Under the pieces are notes generated by a model. The model was not told the DNA's origin. It was given only the letters and a program-made list of their open reading frames with translations, and did not search any database. Made by a program: the position numbers and the translations under genes. Of a stretch of 64,000 nt of DNA, positions 36,994 to 46,620 are shown in pieces; position 1 is the stretch's first letter, and every line of letters begins with the position of its first letter. Origin of the DNA: Dehalococcoidia bacterium. GTDB lineage: Bacteria; Chloroflexota; Dehalococcoidia; Lucifugimonadales; CAUZJF01. The DNA lies in contig CBDEFX010000002.1 of the NCBI GenBank assembly GCA_965237635.1, positions 978,554 through 1,042,553 on the forward strand. The letters run 5' to 3'.

Positions 36994-38714
36994 GCCCGAA
37001 TCCACCGAAGGACACCGATGGACGGCGTGAGGAAAGCGGAAGGGGGGTGAGGGAGCTACAGGGGAAATAGCCTGGGTTCCATTTGGGGTAGGGAGGTCGG
37101 CGGACGGTCTTCATCGCCGCACAGGGGCCCCTATGGCCGTCTGCGGGAGCTGCGATGCGCGGGATGGCGAGAGAATACGCAGCAGGGAACTCTCTCGGAC
37201 CGGGCTGGCACGAGTCTGCGGGGATCTTCGGTTGTCCGGTGGGTGGGTCGGTCGCCGACGGTGCCGTCAGGCCGGGAGTGGAATGGCTCGCAGCCGGGCC
37301 AAGGCGCGGCTGAACTTCTCAGCCCAAGGCCAGCGATCCGGAAGATGCAGGGTCAACCGGCGTGCCGAGCGGGTGAGCCGTCCGGCCAGGGAGAAGAACC
37401 GCCGCCGGAGGGTTTTGGTGGTGGCTATCCGCTCTCCCAGACCGATCCGCGCCGTCCAGCGGGCCAGGTTGTGGGCCATCGTCTGGACGGCCAGCCAGGC
37501 GCCGTTGGCGGCGAAGCGGCCCGAGGGGAGATGGTTCAGCCCGACGCCGTACTTGAGGTCGCGTATGGTATTCTCGATCTCGGCGTGGCGGCGATGGTCA
37601 GCCTCCAGTTCGAGCAACTCCCCGTCTCGGTCGGTGATGAAGCCATGATAGCTGTATTTGGCGAAGAGGGCCAGTTGGGAACCGGGCGTCGGCTTCACCC
37701 GCCGGACGATGAGCCGTACCGGCGCGGCGTCCGCCTCGGCCTGGAAGGGGGTGCAGGTGGTCTCGGCCACATCGGCGGCACCGTCCATCCAGTAAGGAAT
37801 CGGCGTCCAGGCATCTTCGGGTATCGCCTCGATGAGATTGTGCAGGCTTTTGTGCTGGCGGATGGTGATGGAGAAGCGGACATCCATCTTGCGGCAGACG
37901 GATACCACGCCATGAGTGTAGAACCCGCTGTCGGCCCGTAGCGTGAGTCGTCCGTCGGCCCCGGCGTAGCGCACCCGTCCCACCGTCTCCCGCAGGAAGT
38001 GGGCGGCGCCGCGGGCGGTGTTGGCCCGGCCCTCGCGCAGCCGGGACATCAGCACGTCTCCGGTGCCGGCGGCGATGGCCAGCAGCGGGTGGTAGCCCCG
38101 CTTGCCGGTATAGCCGTGGTGGCGGGCGCCCTCCTTGGCCAGTCCGTAGGTCTCGCAGATGGTGGAGTCCAGGTCAATGGTCAGGGGCCCGTCGCCGGGT
38201 CCCGCCCCGGCCTGCCAAGCCCGGGCCAGCAACTCGCGGCTCACCCGGTCGAGTTGACGGACGTGGCCCCACCGGAAGCTGCGCAGGAAGGTGCCCAGGG
38301 TGGATGGCGCCTTGACCGTGCCGCCCAGGGTGCAGGCCGTCCCCCCGGTGCGCAACACATCGGCGTCGTCAATGCAGTCGCCCCCAGCCAGCGCAGACGC
38401 CACCAGCGTCATCATCTTGTCGCTCGTGTTCGCCCGCCCCGGGGCATCGCCCAGGTCGAGGCGCTGCCGGACGAGTTCGGGCAGGCCGAGGTGCCGCGCC
38501 AGGGTGGCCGGAAGGAGCAGCCCGGCATTGGCCACCAAGCGGCGGTCGTCGAAGGTGATTTGGATCCGGTCGGGGTGGTTGCGTGGCAGCATCTACTGGG
38601 TGCTCCTTTTCCGGGGTCGTTTTTTTGCTACAAAACCATTATCCCAGAAGCACAGGAGCGCCTTCTTGCCGCCTCAGGACGCTAACCCGACGCCCTCCTT
38701 CGGTGGATTCGGGC
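36994..38714 (-). mobile_element. IS1380-family element, copy 1 (1721 bp)
   Basis: Terminal inverted repeats GCCCGAATCCACCGAAGGA; flanked by TAA/TAA on the plus strand. Confidence 0.93.
37267..38592 (-). CDS. IS1380-family transposase (intact)
   Basis: LVANAGLL, GGDCIDD, TIDLDST, LRADSGFY, HRRHAEIEN..IRDLK, FAANGAW. Confidence 0.95.
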   Translation of the reverse strand: MLPRNHPDRIQITFDDRRLVANAGLLLPATLARHLGLPELVRQRLDLGDAPGRANTSDKMMTLVASALAGGDCIDDADVLRTGGTACTLGGTVKAPSTLGTFLRSFRWGHVRQLDRVSRELLARAWQAGAGPGDGPLTIDLDSTICETYGLAKEGARHHGYTGKRGYHPLLAIAAGTGDVLMSRLREGRANTARGAAHFLRETVGRVRYAGADGRLTLRADSGFYTHGVVSVCRKMDVRFSITIRQHKSLHNLIEAIPEDAWTPIPYWMDGAADVAETTCTPFQAEADAAPVRLIVRRVKPTPGSQLALFAKYSYHGFITDRDGELLELEADHRRHAEIENTIRDLKYGVGLNHLPSGRFAANGAWLAVQTMAHNLARWTARIGLGERIATTKTLRRRFFSLAGRLTRSARRLTLHLPDRWPWAEKFSRALARLRAIPLPA

Positions 38715-38799
38715 TAAGCAGGTTGTACAGGAATAGGGCCGCCAAGCTACCGAGTACCCCTGACCTGCCCCAGTAATTGTACCAGATTAAACCTCGCAT

Positions 38800-38989
38800 T
38801 CACGATCTGTGGCTGCGCGACAACAGTCTGAGCGGCGGGATACCACAGGAGCTTGAAGACCTCAATCTGACGGCTCTGCACCTGTCCGGCAACTCGTTCT
38901 CAGGCTGCATCCCGTCGGGATTGCGGGATGTCGAGACCAACGACCTGAACCTCTTGGGGCTTGACTACTGCACATCACCTGAGTCATAG
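38800..38989 (+). pseudogene. C-terminal fragment of a leucine-rich-repeat protein
   Basis: LWLRDNSLSGGIPQELEDL-NLTALHLSGNSFSGCIP (plant-type LRR consensus LxLxxNxLSGxIP); no N-terminus. Confidence 0.8.
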
Positions 38990-39152
38990 TCGTCCCCGGG
39001 GCGGGCGACGTTCACATCCAGGGATAAGGTCCCCTGGAGGCTGGCGGTCGGGGCGTTGTTAGCGAGAAGCCTCGGCGATGTCACCTTCAGGAGCATCCAA
39101 GCCCACCGCCCACGAGTACCGCAGTTTTTTGTGTCTATTAAAAACCGCGGAA

Positions 39153-39935
39153 GCTGGTCTGGGGGGCCAACGCCAAAGACGGAGCGCCGCCCGTGCGCGT
39201 CGAGGACGCACACCCCGCCATCGTCTCCAAGCGGGACTTCCAGAAGGCCAGGAGGTTGCTCGGGTCCCGCGCCCCGAAGAAGGTGAACCCCCGCCGCGCC
39301 TCCAGCCCCTACCTCCTCAGCGGCATCGCCAAGTGCGAGACCTGCGGCAAGGCCATGACCGCAGCCGAGGCCAAGAGCGGCAAGTACACCTACTACATCT
39401 GCCACTCCCTGCTCAAGCGCGGCAAGGGGGCCTGCAAGACCCCCAGGCTCAACGCCAAGAGCTTCGAGAAGCTCATCGTCAACGAGATCAGGGAGAACGT
39501 CCTCACCGAGTCCAACATCAGAGACCTGGTGAAGCTGCTGGAAGAGGAGATGGACGGGGTGGCCCGCGACCAGCGGGAGAGGCTTCAGACCATCGAGGAG
39601 GAGCTTGAGGACGTGAAGAAGCGGCTGGCCCGCATCTGGAACCACATCGAGACGACCGACACCGAGATGGCCGACGCCTCAAACCGCATCAGGGAGCACC
39701 GGGAGCGCAAGGAGAAGCTGGAGGTCGCTGCAGAGGAGGCGAGGGCGCTGCTGAAAGAGAGGCGGCAGTTCCTCGACAGCGCCGACACCATCGCCACCTT
39801 CGCCGCCGAGATGAGCGAGTTCCTCAAGACCAGCGAGCTGACCGAGACCAAAGCCTTCGTCGGCTCCTTCGTCAAGGAGGTCGTGGTCAAGCCCGGCAGG
39901 GCCGCCATCGTCTACTCGATACGCCTGCCGGATTC
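39153..39935 (+). pseudogene. Large serine recombinase, C-terminal half only
   Basis: LVWG..VRVEDAHPAIVS, YLLSGIAKCETCG..YYIC..C Zn ribbon, long coiled coil, FVKEVVV; catalytic N-terminus absent. Confidence 0.85.
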
Positions 39936-40092
39936 CGAGTCTCGAACAATGAAATATAGCCCTCCGGCAAAGGCGGCGATAATCGCGACTACGAGGACTA
40001 CCTGCGAGATGAGCCTCACGGACGCACCGGTTGGGCAGGCGGGATAGCGGCAATATATTCGTGGCTTGCGATGCTGTCAACATCACTTTTCC

Positions 40093-40122
40093 TTGACCGG
40101 CCTCTGAGGCCAAACCTATAAT
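40093..40122 (+). promoter_or_regulatory. Sigma70-type promoter of pheS
   Basis: TTGACC-18 bp-TATAAT, about 40 bp before the ATG at 40163. Confidence 0.7.
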
Positions 40123-40162
40123 GGGCGTGGGGTGGCTAGGCCGCCGCCCCGCGAGGGGGGAC

Positions 40163-41218
40163 ATGACTCAGACTGCGGGTGTTGGCCAGGTCGAGGGGGT
40201 GAAGGCGAAGGCTCTACAGGAGTTGGAATCGGCGACCAACTCAGAGCAGCTTGAGCAGTGGCGGATCAGCTACCTTGGTCGCAGCGGCGTTCTTACGCAG
40301 ATACTGCGAGGTCTGGGCTCCCTGCCCTCTGACGATCGGCGGCTCGTTGGTGCGGCCGCGAATCAGGCCAAGAGCCTTCTCGAAGACCGGCTGGCGGCTC
40401 GAGAAAAAGACCTCAAGGACACTTATCTCTCCGACCAGGTCGAGGCCGAGGCCATCGACGTAACCCTCCCAGGCCGGCCCGCGCCCCGTGGAGGGCTCCA
40501 CCCGACCACCCGCACCGTACGTGAGATCTGCAGCGTGTTTACGTCCATGGGGTTCGATATTGCCGAGGGACCGGAGGTCGAGTGGGACCGCTACAATTTC
40601 GAGATGCTCAACATCCCAAAGCACCACCCCGCTCGCGACATGTGGAGCACCATGTGGATCGACTACACGGACGAGCACGGCGATCGGCCGATGCTGCTGC
40701 GCACCCACACGTCGCCGATGCAGGCCCGCATCATGGAGGGCACCAGGCCTCCGGTCCGAGTCGTGGTGCCGGGCAAGTGCTACCGGTACGAGGCTACGGA
40801 CGCCACCCACGAGTGGCACCTGTTCCAGGTAGAGGGTCTGGCGGTGGACAAGGGGATCACCTTCTCGGACCTCAAGGGGACCGTGTACGAGTTCGCCAGA
40901 CGTATGTTCGGCGAGGAGCGCCGCCTGCGCTTCCGCTGCGACTTCTTTCCGTTCGTGGAGCCGGGAGTCGACATTTCAATGGACTGCTTCAACTGCAACG
41001 GCGAAGGCTGTTCAGTCTGCAGCGGCACCGGGTGGATAGAGATCGCAGGAGCGGGGATGGTGCATCCACGAGTACTGGAAAGCGTAGGCTACGACCCCCA
41101 GACCTACACCGGATTCGCCTTCGGCTTCGGGGTGGAGCGGATAGCCATGCTCAAATACGACATCGAGGACATACGCCTTTTCTACGCGAACGACCTGCGG
41201 TTCCTGAGGCAATTGTAA
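40163..41218 (+). CDS. pheS: Phenylalanine--tRNA ligase alpha subunit
   Basis: GGLHPT, NFEMLNIPKHHPARDM, LLRTHTSPMQ, FPFVEPG, GAGMVHP, FAFGFGVERIAM. Confidence 0.98.
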   Translation: MTQTAGVGQVEGVKAKALQELESATNSEQLEQWRISYLGRSGVLTQILRGLGSLPSDDRRLVGAAANQAKSLLEDRLAAREKDLKDTYLSDQVEAEAIDVTLPGRPAPRGGLHPTTRTVREICSVFTSMGFDIAEGPEVEWDRYNFEMLNIPKHHPARDMWSTMWIDYTDEHGDRPMLLRTHTSPMQARIMEGTRPPVRVVVPGKCYRYEATDATHEWHLFQVEGLAVDKGITFSDLKGTVYEFARRMFGEERRLRFRCDFFPFVEPGVDISMDCFNCNGEGCSVCSGTGWIEIAGAGMVHPRVLESVGYDPQTYTGFAFGFGVERIAMLKYDIEDIRLFYANDLRFLRQL

Positions 41219-41310
41219 CTGTCAGTCGGGCTAGCCTCCCTCGATACGTCCCCCCGATGCGGCATCGGGGTCGCATCGGGACTACTCGGGATGAACGGGT
41301 TGGTAAAGCT

Positions 41311-41493
41311 CTGAAAAATGTGTTTCATTTTGTTGCATTGTGTACCACTCAGCTATGGGATTCCGGTACACCGCGGAACATCCGGGCAAAGAAATGGGAC
41401 AGGCCGCTTGGGTCTGTCCCTAACAGCTAGTATAGCACCTATGTTCGCCATTGTCGAGGGCTGAGGACTTGAAGCGACTTCTTGTGCAGAGCC
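41311..41493 (-). repeat. Dispersed promoter-hairpin-decamer module, copy 3 (between pheS and pheT)
   Basis: Colinear with 54-235; GGGCAAAGAAATGGGACAGGCCGCTTGGGTCTGTCCCT and AGTATAGCACCTATGTTCGC are identical. Confidence 0.88.
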
Positions 41494-41545
41494 GCATCAG
41501 GGCGTATCGACGGAGATGATCGATTCACGATTATTTGAGGCCTAA

Positions 41546-44002
41546 ATGCTAGTCCCTCTATCCTGGCTGAAAAAGTATGTACCCGTATCCCTTCCTGCCA
41601 AAGAGCTGGCCCACCGCTTGACGATGGCCGGCACCGAGGTCGGCTCCATCAACGAGACCGGTGCGACCTGGGACCGGGACAAGGTTCTCGTTGGGCGCGT
41701 CCTGAGGGTGGACAAGCACCCGAACGCCGACCGCTTGACCCTACCTGCCGTCGATCTGGGAGACGGCGAGACTGTGTCCGTGGTTTGCGGTGCCCCCAAC
41801 GTCGCTGCAGGTCAGAAGATAGCCTTCGCCCGGGAGGGTGCGCGGCTCTTCAGCACCCGCTCCGGCAAGGTGGAGAAGTTGAAGGCGGCCAAGATCAGGG
41901 GCGTGTTGTCGGCGGGCATGGTCTGCTCGGAGCTCGAGCTGGGCTTAGGCGAGGGTCACGAGGGGATACTGGTGCTCGACGAGAGCGCGCCTGTCGGGGC
42001 GCCTCTGGCTGACTACCTGGGGGACGCCATTCTAGATATCGAGGTCACTCCCAATAGGCCCGACTGTCTGTCCATCCTGGGCGTCGCCCGCGAGGTCGCC
42101 GCGCTCACGGGCGAGAAGGTCACAGAGCCCGACTTCGGCTATGTCGAGGATGGAGCTCCCATAGACGAGCAGGCGCAGGTCGAGATTGCCGACCCGAACC
42201 TATGCTACCGCTACTCCGCGAGCCTTGTGACGGACGTGACGGTAGGGCCGTCGCTAGGCTGGCTCCAGGACGCGCTAAACAAGGCGGGGCAGCGGCCGAT
42301 CAACAACATAGTGGACGTGACCAACTACGCGATGTTGGAGTACGGCCAGCCTCTTCACGCCTTCGACCTGGACACCGTTGGTGACCGGACCATCGTCGTG
42401 AGGGCGGCCCGCCCCGGCGAGAAGCTGGCGATGCTCGACGACGAGACGCGTAGGCTCGATCCTCCGATGCTGACAATCGCCGACGCCACCCGCCCGGTCG
42501 CGCTGGCGGGCGTAATGGGTGGCTTAGACACCGGGGTGCGCGAAGGTACGACGTCCATCCTGCTGGAGTCGGCCAACTTCGATGCCGTGAACACGCGGCG
42601 CACAGCGGCCGCGCTTAGGCTGAGCACCGAGGCATCGTACAGGTTTGAACGCGGGATCAGGGCGGAGCTCGCACCTCGTGCCCTCAGACGCGCGACGAAG
42701 CTCATTCTCGAAGTTGCGGGCGGGTCGGCGGCCCAGGGGATCATCGACGTATATCCTGGGGAAGAAGAGCCGCCCTCGGTCAAGATTTCCGGCAGCCGGC
42801 TCAAGCAAGTCCTCGGTGTCGAATTCCCTATGGAGCAAGTGAGGAACACGCTTGAGTCTCTTGGTTTCGAGACTTCCGACTCGCCTGACGGGAGTGTGCC
42901 CGAAAAGGCGCAAGGTGACCCGTTCCTGTGGGCGAAAACACCCTACTGGCGCTCTGACATCGCAATAGAGGACGACCTCGTGGAGGAGGTGGCGCGAATC
43001 GTCGGCTATGACGAGATTCCCACATCTGCGCTGGCCACGCCGATTCCCCACCATCAGCCTCGGCCTGAACGAGAGCTGAGGGAGAGGATCAGGGACATCC
43101 TTGCCACCTCGGGCATGCAGGACGTCATATCCTACCCCTTGACTGATCGCCAGACTCTCGACATGGTCGGTGCCTTGCCCGACGCTCGTGAGCCCCTTAA
43201 GGTCGCCAACCCGATGAGCAGCGAGATGCAAGTCCTCAGGACCAGCCTGCGTGGAAGCCTGCTCAAGACTCTCGCCTCCAATCGTCGGGTCTCTCAGGGC
43301 GAGGGCATCAGAATCTTCGAGGTTGGACGTATATACCTGCCAAAGGAGGAGGCCAAGGAGCGAGACCTCCCTGACGAAAAGGAAGTCGTGGTCGGCGTGT
43401 TGTCCGGACCACGAACGACGACATCATGGCTGGGCGTCCAGGGCAACATGGACTTCTTTGACGCCAAGGGCCACCTGGAGCTGTTGTTCCCCCAGCTGGG
43501 CATAGACGTCACATTCGAGCCCTACAGCGACCCTGCGATGCATCCTGGCAAGACGGCCCGGTTGGTATGTGAAGGGCGCGCGATTGGAGTAGTCGGCGAG
43601 CTACACCCTAGGGTGCTCGAAAGATTCGACCTCGAAGGAAGCCCGGCCGCCATGTTCGAGATCGATCTGGAGTCGCTGTATGATGCGGCGCCGGAATATG
43701 CTGCCCGATACGCAACCACCAGTCGGTTCCCGGAGTCTGAGCGGGACCTCGCGCTTATCGTTGACGTGACGGTCTCATCTGCCGCTATCCAGTCGATTAT
43801 CGATCGCCACGACCTGGTGGTGCGCAGTACTCCATTCGATGTATATCAGGGGCAGGAGATACCGGCCGGCAAAAAGTCGATCGCCTACAGGACGGTGTTC
43901 CAGTCGTCGGTGGCTACACTCACCACCGAGGAGATTGACCGTGCCCAGGGCGATATCCTACGGCAGCTTCAACGAGAGGTTGGGGCGGAGCTTCGGGGAT
44001 GA
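41546..44002 (+). CDS. pheT: Phenylalanine--tRNA ligase beta subunit
   Basis: HPNADRL, VVCGAPN, EVTPNRPDCLS, INNIVDVTNY, SYRFERG, IEDDLVEEVARIVGY, ERDLA. Confidence 0.98.
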   Translation: MLVPLSWLKKYVPVSLPAKELAHRLTMAGTEVGSINETGATWDRDKVLVGRVLRVDKHPNADRLTLPAVDLGDGETVSVVCGAPNVAAGQKIAFAREGARLFSTRSGKVEKLKAAKIRGVLSAGMVCSELELGLGEGHEGILVLDESAPVGAPLADYLGDAILDIEVTPNRPDCLSILGVAREVAALTGEKVTEPDFGYVEDGAPIDEQAQVEIADPNLCYRYSASLVTDVTVGPSLGWLQDALNKAGQRPINNIVDVTNYAMLEYGQPLHAFDLDTVGDRTIVVRAARPGEKLAMLDDETRRLDPPMLTIADATRPVALAGVMGGLDTGVREGTTSILLESANFDAVNTRRTAAALRLSTEASYRFERGIRAELAPRALRRATKLILEVAGGSAAQGIIDVYPGEEEPPSVKISGSRLKQVLGVEFPMEQVRNTLESLGFETSDSPDGSVPEKAQGDPFLWAKTPYWRSDIAIEDDLVEEVARIVGYDEIPTSALATPIPHHQPRPERELRERIRDILATSGMQDVISYPLTDRQTLDMVGALPDAREPLKVANPMSSEMQVLRTSLRGSLLKTLASNRRVSQGEGIRIFEVGRIYLPKEEAKERDLPDEKEVVVGVLSGPRTTTSWLGVQGNMDFFDAKGHLELLFPQLGIDVTFEPYSDPAMHPGKTARLVCEGRAIGVVGELHPRVLERFDLEGSPAAMFEIDLESLYDAAPEYAARYATTSRFPESERDLALIVDVTVSSAAIQSIIDRHDLVVRSTPFDVYQGQEIPAGKKSIAYRTVFQSSVATLTTEEIDRAQGDILRQLQREVGAELRG

Positions 44003-44006
44003 GGCA

Positions 44007-45302
44007 GTGAGTACTTCCGGACATCGGCACCACAACGAGTCCATGCTCAGCGTAGAAGAGGCGTTGGAACGCATACTCGGCTTCTTCGACGTGCTTGAGG
44101 CCGAGGACAAGCCTATCCTTGAGGCACAGGGGCAGGTCCTGGCCGAGGATGTGGTAGGTGGATTCGACATCCCGCCTATGGACAATTCCGCGATGGACGG
44201 ATACGCTATCCGGGCTGGCAATGTCCGAGGAGCTTCCAGGACGTCGCCGGTGGTGTTGCAGGTGGTCGGGGCTGTCGCGGCCGGGCAGCCACCGCAACAC
44301 GACGTTAAGCCCGGCACCGCCATGCGCATAATGACCGGCGCTACGGTCCCGGCGGGAGCAGACGCAGTTGTTCCTTTTGAAGAGACAGACGAGACAGAAC
44401 GCGACTCGTCAAGCACATCGTTGTCAGAGATCGCCATCTACGCGGAGGTGGACGAGGGCTCCAGCGTTCGGCCTGCCGGCCAGGACATCCGCGCCGGCCA
44501 ACTGGTCCTTAAGCAGGGAGTAGTCCTCCGGCCGGCTGAGATTGGCATTCTGGCTTCGCTGGGCCTGTCCGAGGTGAGGGTGATACGCAGGCCTGTAGTG
44601 GCTATTTTAGCTACAGGGGACGAGCTCAGCAGTCCAACCGATGGGTACCGGTCAGGCAAGATTTACGATAGCAACAGCTATGGTGTCGCCGCTGCGGTCA
44701 TGCGCGCGGGAGGCACGCCCAATATGCTGGGGATCGCCAGGGACGACCGGGACTCGATACGTGCCAAACTCAAGCGCGGACTGGAGTCGGACATACTGAT
44801 CACCTCTGCCGGCGTCTCCAAGGGCGACTACGACGTGGTCAAAGACGTTCTCGCACAATACGGCAAGATAGAGTTCTGGTCCGTGCGAATGCGTCCGGCA
44901 AAACCGCTGGCCTTCGGTGTGCTGAATCGACCGGACGGTCGAGCAGTTCCTCATCTAGGACTTCCGGGCAATCCCGTAAGTGCGCTGGTGGCCTTCGAGC
45001 AATTCGGACGCGCCGCCATCAGCAAGATGCTAGGAATGGGAGACGTTCCGAGGCCGGCTATTGAAGCTGTTTTGGAAGAGCCTATCTATAATCCCGACGG
45101 ACGCAGGGTGTACGCCAGGGCCGTAGTATCAAAGCGAAGCGGGACGTATTATGCGAGGCTCACCGGCGACCAGAGCTCGAACCTGCTGACCTCATTGGCG
45201 CTCGCCAACGGCCTCGCGATTTGCCCGGAGGACCTACCCAAGAAGGAGACCGGCGAGACCGTTCAGGTCCAGATGCTAGACTGGCCGGAGGTCGTCTTTT
45301 AG
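44007..45302 (+). CDS. moeA: Molybdopterin molybdenumtransferase
   Basis: SAMDGYA, RIMTGA, ATGDEL, SAGVSKGDYD, MRPAKPL, GLPGNPVS. Confidence 0.95.
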   Translation: MSTSGHRHHNESMLSVEEALERILGFFDVLEAEDKPILEAQGQVLAEDVVGGFDIPPMDNSAMDGYAIRAGNVRGASRTSPVVLQVVGAVAAGQPPQHDVKPGTAMRIMTGATVPAGADAVVPFEETDETERDSSSTSLSEIAIYAEVDEGSSVRPAGQDIRAGQLVLKQGVVLRPAEIGILASLGLSEVRVIRRPVVAILATGDELSSPTDGYRSGKIYDSNSYGVAAAVMRAGGTPNMLGIARDDRDSIRAKLKRGLESDILITSAGVSKGDYDVVKDVLAQYGKIEFWSVRMRPAKPLAFGVLNRPDGRAVPHLGLPGNPVSALVAFEQFGRAAISKMLGMGDVPRPAIEAVLEEPIYNPDGRRVYARAVVSKRSGTYYARLTGDQSSNLLTSLALANGLAICPEDLPKKETGETVQVQMLDWPEVVF

Positions 45303-45356
45303 CCACCGGCCGGAACCTCGTACGCTCGGTTAGACCACGAAAGGGGAGCAGATTTC

Positions 45357-45902
45357 ATGGAAGAGCCTGTCAACGAGACCCGCTATTTCATCGACCTCGA
45401 CGAAGCTACCGATAGCAGCCGCTCCATGTCCGTAATCATCGCGGGCAGGAAATGTTATCAAGACCGGCAGGCGGACACCGCGGAGTCGTTAGCAAGCTCG
45501 ACCGCCAAACAGCACATCAAGCGAATCGCCAAACACTGCGCGGACACTCCCGATTACGCCGCGCAGGACACACCGCTCAAGGAGGCCATCTTCAGGGAGA
45601 TTCTTGCAGGTGGAAACGAACCCAAGAGCGCTCAAGAAATCAGCGAGGCGCTATCGACCAGGTGGGCGGTCAGTCCCTATCCTCGTGATCTGTCTCCGAC
45701 CGTAATCGGTAGGCTTCTAGACCATAGCCAGGCCTATCGCATAACGGCAGTGCCAGAGCCTGAGCCCGAACCCGAGCCCGAATCGAAACCAGAGCCGGTG
45801 ACCGAAGAAATGAGTGAAGAAGGTGAGGTTGGGGCGGAACAGGGCAGCGCCACGTTGGAGCAGGTAAAGGAGCAGCCAAGCGAGGACGCCGCCAAAGAGT
45901 AG
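45357..45902 (+). CDS. Hypothetical protein with acidic PE-rich tail
   Basis: RBS AGGGGAG; globular N-terminus (RYFIDL..PLKEAIFREILAGGNEP); co-oriented after moeA. Confidence 0.75.
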   Translation: MEEPVNETRYFIDLDEATDSSRSMSVIIAGRKCYQDRQADTAESLASSTAKQHIKRIAKHCADTPDYAAQDTPLKEAIFREILAGGNEPKSAQEISEALSTRWAVSPYPRDLSPTVIGRLLDHSQAYRITAVPEPEPEPEPESKPEPVTEEMSEEGEVGAEQGSATLEQVKEQPSEDAAKE

Positions 45903-45955
45903 ACCGCCAAGCCGGCGCCGCTCCGGCGACGATGCTCAACGATAAATAGGCTCAG

Positions 45956-46108
45956 TCATTCCTTGTCTTCTTCTTCTCTTGGCTTCCTGCGCTTCTTTAT
46001 CACTTCGACCTCTCCGGAAGCGAACACCGCTGACGACAAATTCGGCTGCTTTATCTCTTTCTTCTTGGCCTTCTTAGGCTCGCGTTTGGCGGCATGTCCT
46101 CTCGGCAT
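45956..46108 (-). CDS. Small Lys-rich protein (50 aa)
   Basis: MPRGHAAKREPKKAKKK..EVEVIKKRRKPREE; strong RBS GGAGGT. Confidence 0.7.
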   Translation of the reverse strand: MPRGHAAKREPKKAKKKEIKQPNLSSAVFASGEVEVIKKRRKPREEEDKE

Positions 46109-46404
46109 GACCCACCTCCCATCGGGCTCCGTGCTTGACACCCATTTTTCAAAGTGTAGAGCAGGTCTGAGTCCGTGTAAAGGTCCGCCGGGTGGACAGT
46201 AGCGCCGTTCTCACTCTCAGTCCGGCTCGGCTGACTCGTCGTTGGGAGCCGGTCCTGAGCCCACCGAGGGCTCGCCACCCGCTGAAACGCACCCACCGTT
46301 TATCCCGAGTAGTCCCGATGCCCCATCGGGACGTATCGAGGGACGCGATGCCGCTCGCGCCCGCGTTTCTGGCCGTGAGTAGGGTCTTTCGGTTGTGGAT
46401 TCTT

Positions 46405-46504
46405 GTCATTCCGAGAAGTCCTCGACGAGGAATCTAAATGGTTGCGGTGAGTTAACGTTGGTTAATGATGACCGTCTAGATTCCTCGCGGAGCCTCGGAA
46501 CGAC
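46405..46504. repeat. GTCATTCCGAG..CGAGGAATC / GATTCCTCG..CTCGGAACGAC inverted cassette (REPIN-like)
   Basis: Inverted arms around a 40-bp spacer; an analogous cassette with different arms lies at 54731-54855. Confidence 0.65.
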
Positions 46505-46620
46505 ACCGCCTCCAAGTACTTCAGGGAAAACCGAAAGGCCCTGGGCCGTGAGGCGCTGCATTGGCTTTGCCAGAGCGGTTTGATTATAATGTCCGTCAGC
46601 CCTTTGATGGAGCCCACGAG

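Noticed and set aside
37133-38776. Antisense ORFs over both IS1380 copies and many other shadow ORFs
   Set aside because: Expected open antisense frames in GC-rich coding DNA; they are duplicated only because the IS is duplicated.
46521-46545. Riboswitch or T-box upstream of ilvE (CAGGG-AAAA-CC-GAAA-GG-CCCTG)
   Set aside because: Only one GAAA-capped hairpin, no c-di-GMP second stem or T-box motif, and it lies upstream of the likely promoter.
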